Below are positions 11,911 to 25,019 of a DNA stretch of 64,000 nucleotides, one piece after another (the first letter of the stretch is position 1; each line of letters starts with the position of its first letter). A model generated the notes under the pieces. The model saw only the letters and a list, made by a program, of their open reading frames with translations, searched no databases and was not told the DNA's origin. Origin of the DNA: Lama glama (Eukaryota); the NCBI GenBank assembly GCA_028534125.1, contig CM052817.1, positions 54,128,001 to 54,192,000 of the forward strand, given 5' to 3'. A program made the position numbers and the translations under genes.

Positions 11911-14900
11911 ACTCCCTACAGTTTCATGTTCTTGGGCAAATCTTCTCATCTCCTTTTCCTAGAATCAATATACTTTTAGACTTTTCTCTTCAAAACTATG
12001 ACTTGGAAATCACAAATCTCAAGTAAACAGTTTATAAATCCATACAAAATCAAGCAAAGGAGGGGGAAAAAGGACCATTTTAGAGTATCAGAGCTGAAAT
12101 AGATCCTCAAATCAAAGTAAACTGAAAAGCCCACATGCATAAACTGATATACCTAAGTTCCACTGATTTTGTCTTCTATTTTAGATATAATGTAGTGACA
12201 GTTAGACAAGATTTATTACCCTATATCCTCATCAACAATGCCAAAATGATATGTGATAAAATATAAATCGTAAGTCTACTCAAAACACTAATATAGAGTT
12301 AGGGTCATCTTATGAGCAGCAAATTAACTCTCAAGATAGCAACTCTCAGCTAGAATTAGCACACCAGAGGACAGGTGGTATGGCAAGATAACCAACATGA
12401 CATAAAGATAAAAAGAATTTCTAAAGTCAACCTCAGTGAGAATTAAAATAATAATTCATATTTTATTGGCAGACTTTTAAGAGATTTATAGGTTGTGATT
12501 CCTGATTTTCCATGAAACAGAATTAGAACAAATGTTAGGGTGTTTCATAATAGAGAGAAACATGTGCAGAGAATATCCGCTTTCTCTACAAGGACTTGAC
12601 TCATACTTATCTAGCTAGCATAGGCTATGGAAATTTCAGGTGTCCCAAAGTAGAATCAATATCCTGAAGAGACTTTTGTCTTTCATCTTTTCTAGGTCCC
12701 TGAATCAACTGTTTTAAAATAGCAGTAAATTACTTATTTTTCTTCCTGGAGAAGAGAAGATGTATCAGGAACTTAAGGTACCTAGAGTTAAATGAGATTA
12801 TCATTTATAGAGATACAGGTTGAAATAACTAAATCCTGTTAATTAAAAGGTCTATCTTTATCCAAAACATGTATTACCTTCTTAACAATTTTCCTCAATC
12901 AGAAGATTGGAAATGAAATACTTTTTTCAAAATTATTTTAAGACAGCATTGTTAAATAATTTATCTACTACCAAATAAGGTATACAACATGAAGTACTGA
13001 ATCCTAATAGAAATGAGTCTTGAATGGTAGAATTTTCCCTGGATGGCAAAAAAAAAAAAAAAGATAAAAAAAAACTTAGAATGTTTAAGTAGTGATCAGT
13101 ATTATTAATAAAGCATACTTACATTCCTTAAGCACCTTGAGATAAAGTCAAAATAAAGGTACCATGCTTATTTATCTACATTATACTATAGCCTTCTCAA
13201 CTTTTTTTAAGTTATTAGTGACCTAAGTTATCATTCCCCTGAAAGAAAACATTTCCCCTAAAAGAAAACTGCTATTACCATAAACAAATCAGAGAATCTG
13301 TATTTTTTTGACAATGAAAACAAAGCTATAACTGGAAAGCAAATAGGCATTTCTCCTTCCCACTGCCCTACTGTCACAGTAAGGGAGATTGATGGATAGC
13401 AGGTCCTAAATTGGGGGGCCATATGAAATCAGCCAGATGGCAATGAATGGCTTATTTAGGTTATTATAAAAAACGTAGGTTACCCTCCCTTCTTCAAAGT
13501 AAGGTTTAAAAAACATCAAGCAGATTCAATGAGATTTGGAATATCCGGCATATTTGGCAGGACTGGGTTTCTCTATTCCTAATGCTCTGTGACCTCCAAA
13601 GGCAGGTATCCACCTTAATAACTAGGTGCTCAGGCTATCCCATCATTTCCCAAAAGACAAACCTATCACAACAATTTCAATTTGACCCTTGGAAATTTAG
13701 TCTCTTAGTGACTTAAAATTCAAATATAGTAAGATTACTATTAGTTTTTACAATTACTAGTTTGAAACGTAGGGAAATGATGTTACATTACAAGTGATTT
13801 CTGGATACACAAAAGATACCTTATTAACAATTACAGTTAGCATGCATTATTTCCTGAAACAATTATTTATTGTACATCACAAACCAGTCACCATACTACA
13901 ACAACAAAGACACATTCAAAAAGAAACATTCCTCCCCAGTTCATACTTCTATTTTGCTTCAGGCAAATAATCAATAACAATATAATAGGCTAAGTGCCAA
14001 AATAGAAGTGTGGAAGGTAGGCTACAGGAGCAGAGAGGGGCCTCTCTAATTCTGCCTGGCCAGGCAAAGAGTAACAGCACAGAAGGGCCTCTTTAGGATA
14101 TAATGAGCCTTAAAGCTGAATCTTGAAAGATAATTAGGAGCTTGTCATGTGAATCAGAGGGAGATGGTTAAAGATCAAAGAGAAAGAAAAGAATTTCATA
14201 TAGAGGGAATAGGCATGACTGAAGATGGCATGTCCACAGGGTAACAGTGCATGGAGTATCATATTCAATTCCTCAATTCCTTCAAAGCTAATTTTTGTTC
14301 TATAAAACATATATAACACTAGACTAAAAACAACATGATTTTGATTATGCATAAACACCCTATTATTTCCACTTTAGGTCAGTGGACTGTACACACTAAT
14401 ATGGACAATACGGACATAAGCAAATAGGGAAGAAAGACACAAATATTTTACTCATGCTTTCCTTGTTTCCTACATTTTTAGTCACACTTTCATCCCCTTA
14501 TGGTACTGCCAGAAAAAAAAGTAACACATAACAAATATGTCCACACACTAAGTACAAAATATTACAAAGCACGAACATTTGTGCTGGAAAAACCTACTGC
14601 CAATGTGTCAGATGCACTGACTATTAGTAGACAAGTAGGAGCCAAATTCAGCCTAATCGCACTAAATGCCATGGTGGGTGCAATCCAAGCTTTTGTTTTT
14701 AAAATTTTTCATTTTCTAATTTTTATTTAAGTATCCAGACAGGCCATAAACAAAAGCAGCTTATACTGGCAAAGGGAAGGCAATTGACAGAAGACTTTCA
14801 AGTCACCATGCAAAAATTAAAGGGAACTATAAAAATCAGTGCATAGCCACTGACTTATTTCTCTACTTAGATAATTTTATTTATGATTCAGAGAATAAAA

Positions 14901-16454
14901 TTTGGGACTTTATGTACTGAGAAAGTGCCAATGGTTAGGGATGGTGATGGTGGTGATAATGCTAGTAAGCTACCAATGCAGAGAGCTCACTCTGTGCCAG
15001 ACAGCCCTAGATGTAGCAACATAACTTGCACCATTTATTCTTTACATAGCACAATATATGATGATGATGATGATAATCTCTAAGTACAACGAAGCATTTA
15101 TTCTGCACCAGTACCTGTACTAAGCATTATTCTCATTTAATCCTCAATTATTGTGTACCCATAACATTCTCCTTTAATCCTTATAAACCAAGGGGTATTA
15201 TAATCCAGATTTACCAATGAGAAAAGAAGGCTCACAAAGTTCAAGTCATTCACTTACTGTTCAACACTACTTTGAAATTGTATAAGAGATCTGGGTATGT
15301 TTAATATGTTCCTCATGACCTAGAAATAGTACCCATTTCTGCCAGAAGCATAATAGGATCCCTCTTTAAAATAAAATGGTTCAATTGTAGAAATCTTAAG
15401 AGATTTTTTGAAAAGCAATTGAATAATAGCAATAATGTTCTTCGAGCAATTTTACTAGCAGTGAATTTGGATAGATAGATGTGTAAATAGACAGATATGT
15501 AGACAGGTAGGTATCTAGAAAGAAAAAGAGAGATCTATCTTATTTCTGGTACTGGTAAAAAATAAGAGAACCAAAAGCAATTTTATGGGTTAGAGGTTTA
15601 TCAAAGGGCTAAATACTAATTTCAAAGTGCCACCTTTTCTTAACTAGCCCGTAAAATAGGCATCCAATGAAGAATGGTAAAATCCATAAGGAAAGGGGCC
15701 AGGAACACATAAGAAAAATGACTTAAAAGTATTACTGATTTCTTGAATATGTGTAAACATATTTGACTGTCCTTTATGATTGGATTACTGCATTCTGTTG
15801 CTTATTACTTTGTAGTCGGCTTTATTCCTTTGATAACTATTTTAAGTTTAAAAAGCTAAAGCTCTGGTCTTAGAAACAATAATCAGTAAATGTATGTAAA
15901 CTAAAAAAATGTGCAGTATACCGTATATATGATTTACATGCAATATGATGTATATGTGCAGTCAAAATATAATAATTCTACCTAATAAAACCGAAAAAAG
16001 GAAAAAACAGGTATAATTCAACAAGTTTCCCATGTTAACCAGAGACCAATATCTAATCCACAAATTTATTTTAAATCCTTTAAAAAAAAGTATTACAATT
16101 CTATCAAAACTCCAGATTTCATCAGATTTTGTAGTCAGATAATTAAAGATATTGTGATGGGAAAAAATATAAACTTTAAAAATTGAACTAACTCAACAGG
16201 GGTACTTTAATAAAATGTAAGACATATATAATGACATTCCCAAAACTTGAGACACTTTTAAAATCATATTTCACTAGCCACCATATCAAGGTTGCTTTTT
16301 TTTTTAATCCAAGAGTTTGAAACAGGGTTTTAAGATAAAGATCCATGCTACCTCAACTGTTTTGTAAATATTCTAATCCAGACAACTTGTTATTCCCTTC
16401 TCATGAAAAACTGCTGGAGTCAATCACAGTTTTTTAATGTTTTCTGTAATATAT

Positions 16455-16567
16455 TTTTTGAGGGTAATTTTGTTTGTTTGTTTGTTTGTTTGTTTGTTTT
16501 AATAGAGGTACTGGGGATTGAACCTAGGGCCTCCTGCATGCTCTACTACTGAGCTATACCCTTCCCA
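16455..16567 (-). mobile_element. tRNA-Ala-derived SINE (Vic-1-like), internally shortened, with (GTTT)n
   Basis: gtactggggattgaacctagggcctcctgcatgctctactactgagctataccc; same family as the copy at 2848-2992. Confidence 0.8.
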
Positions 16568-17337
16568 CTACAGTAATGATTTCTGTAAAAAATAAAAAGA
16601 AGAAGAAGAAGAAAAAAAAAAAAGACTACTGAAACTTTTGTCAATGATTTAAAGCAAAATAGCCAAAGTGTATGCATACTTTCATACTAAAGAAACCACA
16701 CCCTGTGAGAAATTCCTTAAGTTAGTTCTTGAGTGCTCTTATTAATTGCAACTCTGGGGACCAAAAGCACTTTAGCATTACAGAGTAAAAGACAGGAAGT
16801 TAGCCTGTTGGATAATTTCACATTAGTAACGACTTATAAATGCCACTGTTAGGGAGCTCTATCCACTGGAACAGGCAGTGCTATCATTAAAACACCCAAT
16901 TCTCTAGAGGGTACACACAGATAATAAATGTGTTACCAACTTTCACTGCCTTATTTTTAATAAAACCACATAGTCTACGGATTCCAGCAATTCCTGATGC
17001 CTGATGTTTGGGAATCAATGATATATTAGTAACAACAACAACAAAAAAAACTGTACCATGCATCCATTAAAATCCATAATAAAAATCTGTGTTAGATAAT
17101 ATGTATGTATGAGTTCCTCTCATCCTCATTTAGGGATGGAGTTTGCTAATGTGTGTCTGTGTTAAGAATCATTTTAGTCTGATAAGCAAATTAAAAATCA
17201 TTAAGGCACAATAATTCAGGTTATATTCACTTTTGGATTATGACTAAATAATTTTTAAGAAGAAAAAGTTGATAAGCCTTTTACCTGAAAAGATCAGAAT
17301 ATAGATACTGATCTCCCTCCTTTCATCTTCATCTCAC

Positions 17338-17379
17338 CTTTTATTTATCAGTGTTGGACCTCCTATGAGCTTTATCTTG
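17338..17379 (-). other. Candidate small exon (42 nt), probably 5'UTR
   Basis: Branch-point-like ctctaat, acceptor ctatatacAG|, donor AAG|GTgaga. Confidence 0.35.
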
Positions 17380-18256
17380 CTGTATATAGATTAGAGAATG
17401 CGAACTGAAGACTTTCTGTTAAATCCTATGCTCAAAAATGCTTTAATCAATCCAGACAGTATTGGGCTATTAAGGATTTTAAATATGAGTGAGTAGCCAT
17501 ACTTCTAAAGATAGAAGATTGAACAAAAAAATCTGTATTTTTGGTTTCTACTAAAAAATCTCAAGACCCGGCAACACTTGGACCCATGTCATCACACTGT
17601 AAAAACCGGTGGTTCGCAATAAGAGCTCCTTTATCTTGGGTACCTCAATCTGATTTGCCGCAGCCTTCACCACACCCTAAAATTCTCATCACTGAGGCCA
17701 AATACCTATTTACCTAACATCCAGCTGCTTTCCATATTTAGTTTACTCCTTTACATTGTCTCCTGGACTGGCAGGCATCTATGTTTGTTGAGTGAGGAGC
17801 TTTAGCAAAACCTTTCATTTCAAAATAAGGAAGGCCCTTCCCCATTGTTCTCTGTACAATAGGCCGGATGATCTTGGAAAGAGAGAAGTCAAATCTTGCT
17901 ACTCAAAGCCTTCTAGTTCTCCTCAAACCCAAAGCCCTTACTCTGCCCCAAATAACCTCCCAGCAACAACTCCCACTTCCATAACTCTCCATCTCATACT
18001 CACCCCCTTGCTCATTCTGCTTTGGTCACACCAGTTTCCTGGCTGTTCTTCAAATACCTGTCTCACAGTCTTCTTTTACTATTGGTTCCTTCCGTCTGGT
18101 ATGCTCTTACCCAAGATACTGATCAGAAGTCACATTTTTCACTGTGATCCTTTCTGACTGTATTCTTTATAGCTGCAACCTTTTCACCTACCCTGCCTTA
18201 TGTTTCTTTGTATCACTTTTTGACATATGATATACCATGTGTTTTGATAAATGATA

Positions 18257-19468
18257 TGATAGGACTTTAGAACAGGCTTCTCCAAGATGTGCCACGTTGG
18301 CATGTGGATTACTTTGAGCTAAGTTAAGGAATGGAGACCCTGCGGTTCAAGAGAAACTACTGCCCTTCCCCTTTTTCCCCCCACAGAAAGAGTTATTACC
18401 AGATAAAATTAATCTAAGTGGTCTTATCTGTATGACAGGGCAGATGAACAAAAATTACCCCATAACTGTTCTTTTTATTGTCCTGTGAATGACCCTCCTG
18501 TCCTTGAGTGTCCCAGGCCCTTACCCCATTCCTTAGCTCAGGATGTCATATAGATCTCATTTTACCTTTTCTATCTCTAAACTTCTCATGTATATGGGGA
18601 TAGCACATGTAAAAAATTAAATTCAATTTTCTCATTTTAATCTGTCCCATTTGAATAATTTTTAAATCAGCCAGTGAAACAGAGTCCCACTAAAACTGAG
18701 TTTGTGATTAATTTCTCTATTTAAAACTTTATTCTCTTTCTTGTCCCACCCCCATTCCCCTCAGAATTGAAGAGTATCAAAGAAAGGATTGAAACCAAAC
18801 AGAACCCTGCAGAGCCTCCCAGATACAGAATCCCTTCCATTTGCCCCATTTCTCATTTGTAGAAAAAGATTTTAGTCTCCTAGGCCTTCCCTGAGTTCCA
18901 AAGATCAGACTAAAGCAGTGACATGTTAAAGTGATGGAATGCAGAACAAAGGAAAAGCAGTTAAGCAAGACAGCTTAAGTAACAGTTCAGCCATAAAACA
19001 AAGTCCTAGTTCCTCCTCAAATATATTGTTATTAACCTGATGCGTATCTTTGAGTTGTTAGGCAGAAACTAAGACCTCTGCCCGGGTGGAAGATGGTGAC
19101 TATATGCTGACCACAAGCATGTCAACCCCAGACTGGTTGGAACCAGAAGGTTGATGATTAAGATTCCTGAAATACCACCTGTTGCATCACCACCAACCAA
19201 TCAGAAGAGTCATGTACTGTGCAACATTCATCCCAAAAGTTGCCTTTAAAAACTCTTCCCTGAAAGTCATCAGGGAGTTCAGGTCTTCTGAGGAGACCTG
19301 CCTCTTCTTCCTTCTTGTTGCCCTGAGAATAAATGCTGTACTTTCCTTCACTACAACCTGGTTTTAGTAACTTGGCTTTGCTGTGCATCAGGGGAGAAGG
19401 CTGAATTTATTAGGTTCAGTAATACCAGAAGAAGCTAGAAGGGTAAAGGAAAACCTTCCTTTGGTACA
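18257..19468 (+). mobile_element. ERV1 solo LTR (MER34-type), split by a nested LTR
   Basis: MER34-like start 'aagatgtgccacgttggcatgtggattactttgagct'. Its 3' end 'gaagctagaagggtaaaggaaaaccttcctttggtaca' resumes after 19428. Confidence 0.75.
18675..19424 (+). mobile_element. Nested ERV1 solo LTR (MER41-like)
   Basis: Starts TG and ends ggttcagtaata. Flanked by 4-bp direct repeat ccag (18671-18674 and 19425-19428). AATAAA at 19328-19333. Confidence 0.75.
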
Positions 19469-19838
19469 GTATTTCACTGAACTATATTTCCATTATTTTC
19501 TTCTCTATCTGCTCCTCCTAGACTGCCTATCCAAGAAAGCAAAATATTCTGCCTGTTGCTCATTTCTATCCCAATGCTGTGTTCTCAGTATCTAAACAAC
19601 TCCTAGAACATACTGGTAGTCAATTAATACTTACTGATAAAAGGTAGAAAGCACACAACCTGGACTTTATTTTTTGAATAGCGTCATGTGCCATTTGTAT
19701 GCTTTAAGATACATATTTCTGCTACCTTTTAGTTAGTAAATATTGAGGTAAGGGATATAGTATGTTAAAGTTAAGATACATCAATACAAATTGGAAGAAA
19801 ATTCTCTTGCTGGACAATTAATGGCATTCTAAAGAGAA

Positions 19839-20380
19839 TGAAAAGGATCAGACTATGTCACCCCAGAATATGCCACATTGGCTTAAGGATTATTTTGAGC
19901 TAAAAGCAATTAAGAAACAGCAAACTCAAGAGGAGCTATTTGCCCTTCCACTTTCTACCTAACCAGAATGTAGAGGTATTTGTAGAGGTATCCACCTCCC
20001 CCTTACCAGGATTAAGAGAACTACTCTGGAGACATCTCTTATCTCCTGAGATGACAGAAATCTGCATAACAAACCTTACTATATGATCCTTATTACTCAT
20101 GCTCCCCACATATTTCCCACAATTCCTTCCCTTTCCCAGAAGCCCCCAAACATTTTTCTGTATCAAGTCTCTGATACATACTCTTCTATGCTTTGTTAAA
20201 ATGGTACATACGTCCCCAGATGTAACTCACTTTCTGGGTTTCCACTTCTTCTCTGGGATGCCCCCTACATGCATACAAAATAACTCTTTTCCCCTGCTTA
20301 TCTGTCTCGTGTCACTTTAATGTGGAGGCTCCAAACTTTGAATCTAAGAAAGCAAAGAGGAAAGTTTTACCTCTTTTACA
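19839..20380 (+). mobile_element. ERV1 solo LTR (MER34-type)
   Basis: tgaaaaggatcagactatgtcaccccagaatatgccacattggcttaaggattattttgagct ... gttttacctcttttaca. Confidence 0.8.
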
Positions 20381-21063
20381 CTAACATACAATTTAATTCA
20401 GTGTGCCCCTGAATTAAAGTGTAAATGCCATAAAATAAAAAATCTGTATTACTTAGTAATTGTTTTTTATACACTTAGATTCAGAATCAATTTTCTTCCC
20501 CCTTTGTCTCTGTCTCTCCTACTTCGTTTCTCTCTCTCACAAATACACAAGCACATACACAGAGGGGTGGGTTAGGAAATAGGTCATAGAAAATACGAAT
20601 ATAAACAACAGAACTAAACTTCTAATATTAGGAGAAAAGTTTTTACAAATAAATAGAACCAAATATTTTAAATGTAAAAAAAGGTCCAAGTCTTTAACAA
20701 TAAAAGTCTAGCTAATAACACTTTGATATTCTCATTAAAGAGCTTTCATTCCAAATTCGGCTAAAAGTATTTCTTAATAATCTTATTAATTAATAAGGAT
20801 TACAATAAATTCCTAAAACAAAGATTGGCAAAATGGGAACTGTTTTTTGTTTTGTCTTGTTTTTTTGTTTTGTTTCATTTTCCCCCCTCTTAATAGCTTC
20901 TACTCAAAAACTTTCTCCTGGGTCCTCCAATGTGTAGAGGTATTGCCCTAGCACTAATTTAAAGAAAATTCCACATAACATTGATATGTAAATCCTGATT
21001 GCCTCAGCTCAAATACTCTTCATTTGCATAAGCTAATTTAAAAATGGGCTGCTAACTTTGTTT

Positions 21064-21529
21064 TGAGCTTGAGAATGAGAAAACCCAAAGATGTCAATTG
21101 AACAAGTTAATTGAGGAGTTTAGAAATTTCCACCAAGTCTACAAAACATCCTGTTGCCTAGCCACTAATTAACCAAATACTTCCACTGGGTGAGACGTTT
21201 AGAAAAAGACAGTGTGGAAAATTAGTACGTGGAAACCTCACTTAAACAGAATTGTGAGACCAGAAAGGGGAGCTCTCACGTTCTTTGATGATAACAGAGC
21301 TCAACATGAAGACTCCTCTTCTTTCCGAGCAAAGACCTGGCCAACAAAAAGTCATGGACTCTGTTTACTAGAGTCCTCCCAACTTCCTTTTTCCCCTATG
21401 AAAGTGCTCATGGGGACTTGCACGTGGGTCACCACAGTTGCAGATTCCAAATAATAATTCTCTTCCGATCCTGAATAAATCCATCTTTGTTGGAGAAATA
21501 TCTAGCAGTCGATTTAGTTCAGGTCAACA
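21064..21529 (+). mobile_element. ERV1 solo LTR (MER89/MER90/MER110-type)
   Basis: Characteristic 3' end 'aataaatccatctttgttggagaaatatctagcagtc...aggtcaaca'. Start approximate. Confidence 0.7.
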
Positions 21530-22662
21530 AGGGTAAGCACTTGATAGAAAAATGCCCAATGAGTTAAAATTATTGTGATTTCCTTTTTATGCTTACTTTT
21601 ACTCTTAATACTTCAATAATCATTCATTTTATTACATTGTGAGGTCAGCTAATTATATTGTGAGTCAGCCAAAAATCAATTAATTAACTAACAAGTCCAT
21701 ATGGGAAAAAAATAAAGTTAAATAATGGTTAAAAATCACACAAACTGACGAGTTGTGTAATCAACTGGTGAGGCTGAATCTATTTTAATGCTAAATCATT
21801 TGCACTGTTTAACTTTCCTTAGTTAGCCTTCTGGGAAGTATTGCATGCTTGTGGGAATATAATTAATAGTTGTGCTATTTTATCCAGAAAAAAGAAATCT
21901 CTTTCTCTTCTGTCTAAAAATCTAAATCTATTTTTCCATTTTATCTACTGCATTGAAAACTTATTTATGCTTATTTTTATTGTTATATTTTAGGTACAGA
22001 GATGCTTATATACATAGACATGCTTCTTTGGCTTTGGAATTTCAAGATAAAGGAGAGTGGAAATACAGAAATAACAGCTGTTTCACTTTTGTCACAGACT
22101 ATTTGTATAAAACTTGATTAAGAGAAATCTGGCCAGCCAACATAGTTCACATTTCCAAATGTGAAAAATGCACCTATAACTCATCCCCATTTCTAAAAGT
22201 GACTGGAGGCAGCATATAATTTAAAAGGCAAGGTGCAATAAGCCAACACCTTTTACATAAGCTGAAATTACCTGTTACCCTGTGTTGCATCACCCATTAG
22301 GCAAAGACTGAAAGTATACATCTTTCCCAGAACTTGGCATGGCATGGGACAGATTTTAGGCTCTTCAAAATATTTATGGAAACAGATAAGAAGTTGAATG
22401 TAGGACAGAATATGAAGAATAAATGAGAAAACAAGGAAAGAAGCTAAATGGAGAAGTAAATTTTTATATTTTTACTATACAAGGTCCAATAATGTAGTCT
22501 TGGCCTTGATATAACTAAGACAACTGACAAAAGGCCTTCCACACATAAAAGGAAAATACGACTCAGTTTAGTAGTACTACTCTGTGATGCAAAGTTAAGC
22601 AATCTTCTGAGGGTTTCCTTTTTTATTAAGTAAAAAATGAATACTTTCAAATTAAAAAGTCT

Positions 22663-22883
22663 GGACCAAAACTTGTAGATACTGACAGGCATAGATAGAA
22701 CAGATAAACAAGATTATACTGTATAACACAGGGAAATATATACAAGATCTTGTGGTAGCTCACAGTGAAAAAAAAAAAGTGACGATGAATATATGTATGT
22801 TCATGTATAACTGAAAAATTATGCTCTATACTGGAATTTGACACAACATTGTAAAATGACTATAACTCAATTAAAAAAAAAAA
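22663..22883 (+). mobile_element. Lineage-specific L1 3' end, 5'-truncated
   Basis: ataaacaagattatactgtataacacagggaaatat...ttgtaaaatgactataactcaatt followed by poly-A. TSD aaaaagtct at 22654-22662 and 22879-22887. Confidence 0.85.
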
Positions 22884-23122
22884 GTCTACATCAAGTATTT
22901 GTAACCAGTTACCTAAACCAGTTACCTACAGATTAGAAAATAAAGCAACCTGAAACTAAATAGTGTCAATCAACTATATTTCAATTTAAAAAAGAAAAAG
23001 TAAAGAAAGCAATTGGTAATAAAATCTGAGACAGCAGACTATGATCAAATAGTACTTCATTTGATACTACATTAGGTGCTCAATAAATTTGGTTGAATGA
23101 AGTAGTGTGTAAATGACATATA

Positions 23123-23469
23123 TGAGCCTTTAATTGTGTAAAAAAAACTAATCACCAGACACCTGAAATAAACAGTTGGGAAAACAAAAGGGGAGCTCTC
23201 GTGGCCTGTGCTGATAGCAGAACCCAACAAGAAGAGGGACTCACTCTTCCTGGCAAGGATCCAGCCAATGAAAAGCCAGGGATTTTCTTTACTATAGCCC
23301 TCCCAACTTCCTTTTCCTCTCTTTAAAAGCCCTCCCCGTTCCTTACTGTGTGAGGGCTTGCAAGTGGCCTGTCATGGTTGCAGACCCCAGTTGCAATTCT
23401 TTGTTGATCCTGAATAAACTCATCTTTGTTAGATGAGTATCTGGCAGTACTATTTGTTTCAGGTCAGTA
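23123..23469 (+). mobile_element. ERV1 solo LTR (MER89/MER90/MER110-type)
   Basis: Shares 'ctcccaacttccttt' and the 3' end 'aataaactcatctttg...tatctggcagt...tttcaggtca' with the 21064-21529 copy. Confidence 0.7.
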
Positions 23470-23851
23470 ATTGTCACTAGGCTGATGTACCTGTATTTAT
23501 TGAGTCTGTTCCCTAATAAGCGCTTATTTCTATAATCAATATGTATCATAAACACTTAAAATAATTAGCCCAAAATTGTTAAATAAGTGAAACCCGTCTA
23601 ACAAAAAAACGGTGTTTTCCTTTTCCCTTAACAGACTGGTAACTTCTGCATTTCTTCAGTCTCCTGCAGAGTTATTACTCTTAATTTTCATATTTGATGA
23701 AAGCAATATAAGGAAGAGGAAAATTACCAAAACATTTTTAACATGACAATATCCATACTGTCATGATTTTTTTTTAAATACTTTCTGTTCTAGCTAAAAA
23801 TAGAATTCTGATTATGACCTTTGAGGTACACCCATTTTTTTCCACTGAGCA

Positions 23852-24302
23852 TGAAGGGGAGCAGATTTTGTCACCCCCAAATATGTCATTTTGGCATGAA
23901 GATAATTTTGAGCTAAAGGTAATCAAAATCCCAACCGATTCAGGGACAGCTCTTTACCTCTCCCTCAATAGCCTTAATTTCCACTGGATAGGAGGCCTGT
24001 ACAAGGAAGAGACCTATTAGCAGAGATATCTTTCTACCTAAGAAACTTATCAGGTAACAAAGTAACTTTTGTTTTCTAAACATCCTGCCTTCCTCTGTAT
24101 GGTCTTCCACCCCTTTCCTTAGCTAGGATGTTATATAAGCTTCAGTTACCCAGCTGCCTTTTGAGTCTTCATCTTTATGGGGCTCCTGCACATACATAAT
24201 TTTGTTTGTTCTTCTCCTGTTAATCTGTTTTTTATCAGCTTAATTATTAGACCAGCCAAAGAACCTAGAAGGGAAGAGGGTAAATTCTTTTATTCCCTTA
24301 CA
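23852..24302 (+). mobile_element. ERV1 solo LTR (MER34-type)
   Basis: tgaaggggagcagattttgtcacccccaaatatgtcattttggcatgaagataattttgagct...ttcccttaca. Flanks agca/ggca are a near 4-bp TSD. Confidence 0.8.
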
Positions 24303-25019
24303 GGCACATGACTGGTTTTATAATTACACAAAATATCACTAGAATTTGCCAATATTTGAAAGGCAAGTTTCTAAATAATTAAGTTTAGGAGTCAGAATTT
24401 ATTATATGATTTGAAATAGTTACACCTGCCTCAAGGCGTAGTACTGGAAAAAAATATCCATAGAATCCTCAGCTTAATCTAAAAGAAATATACAGTGACT
24501 CTTGGATCAGGTGCTTAGCTAAAGTCTAACAGTCGAGTTGATATGAAAAAGGACAAGGTAGCTACAGTGTGATTAACATCATCAATGTCAAAATTTACAA
24601 GTGTCTAATCACACACATACACACACAAGTTTACAATCAAGAACTGAAAGGTCCTATGACTACCTCAACTTAGAATGTAAATAGTGAGATATTTAGGAAT
24701 TACCTAGATTTATAGTGCCATTATTTAATAGGGTAACTACTTAGTTGGCCAGCTCCCTAGATTAATGACCCATAAATTAATAAATATATCACAACTTTAA
24801 AACTATGCCTTAGCCAGTCTCTCAAAATGATTCAGCCTCACAAGGAAGAATACTTCTGGAATAATATTTATATTCTTTCCTTTGTTATCCCTTGACTACT
24901 GTCTTTATCGCTGATTCACCATTCACCACAGCAAATTACTTAAAATATTTAGTCTGTTACTTCATAAAGTGAATCAGTGAAGATTACAGGACATTGCAGT
25001 AATCTGTATTCCCATAATA

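Noticed and set aside
19839..24302. Paired LTRs of a single provirus (MER34 pair or MER89/90 pair)
   Set aside because: The copies differ strongly in length and sequence, and no primer-binding site or gag/pol remnant is visible between them.
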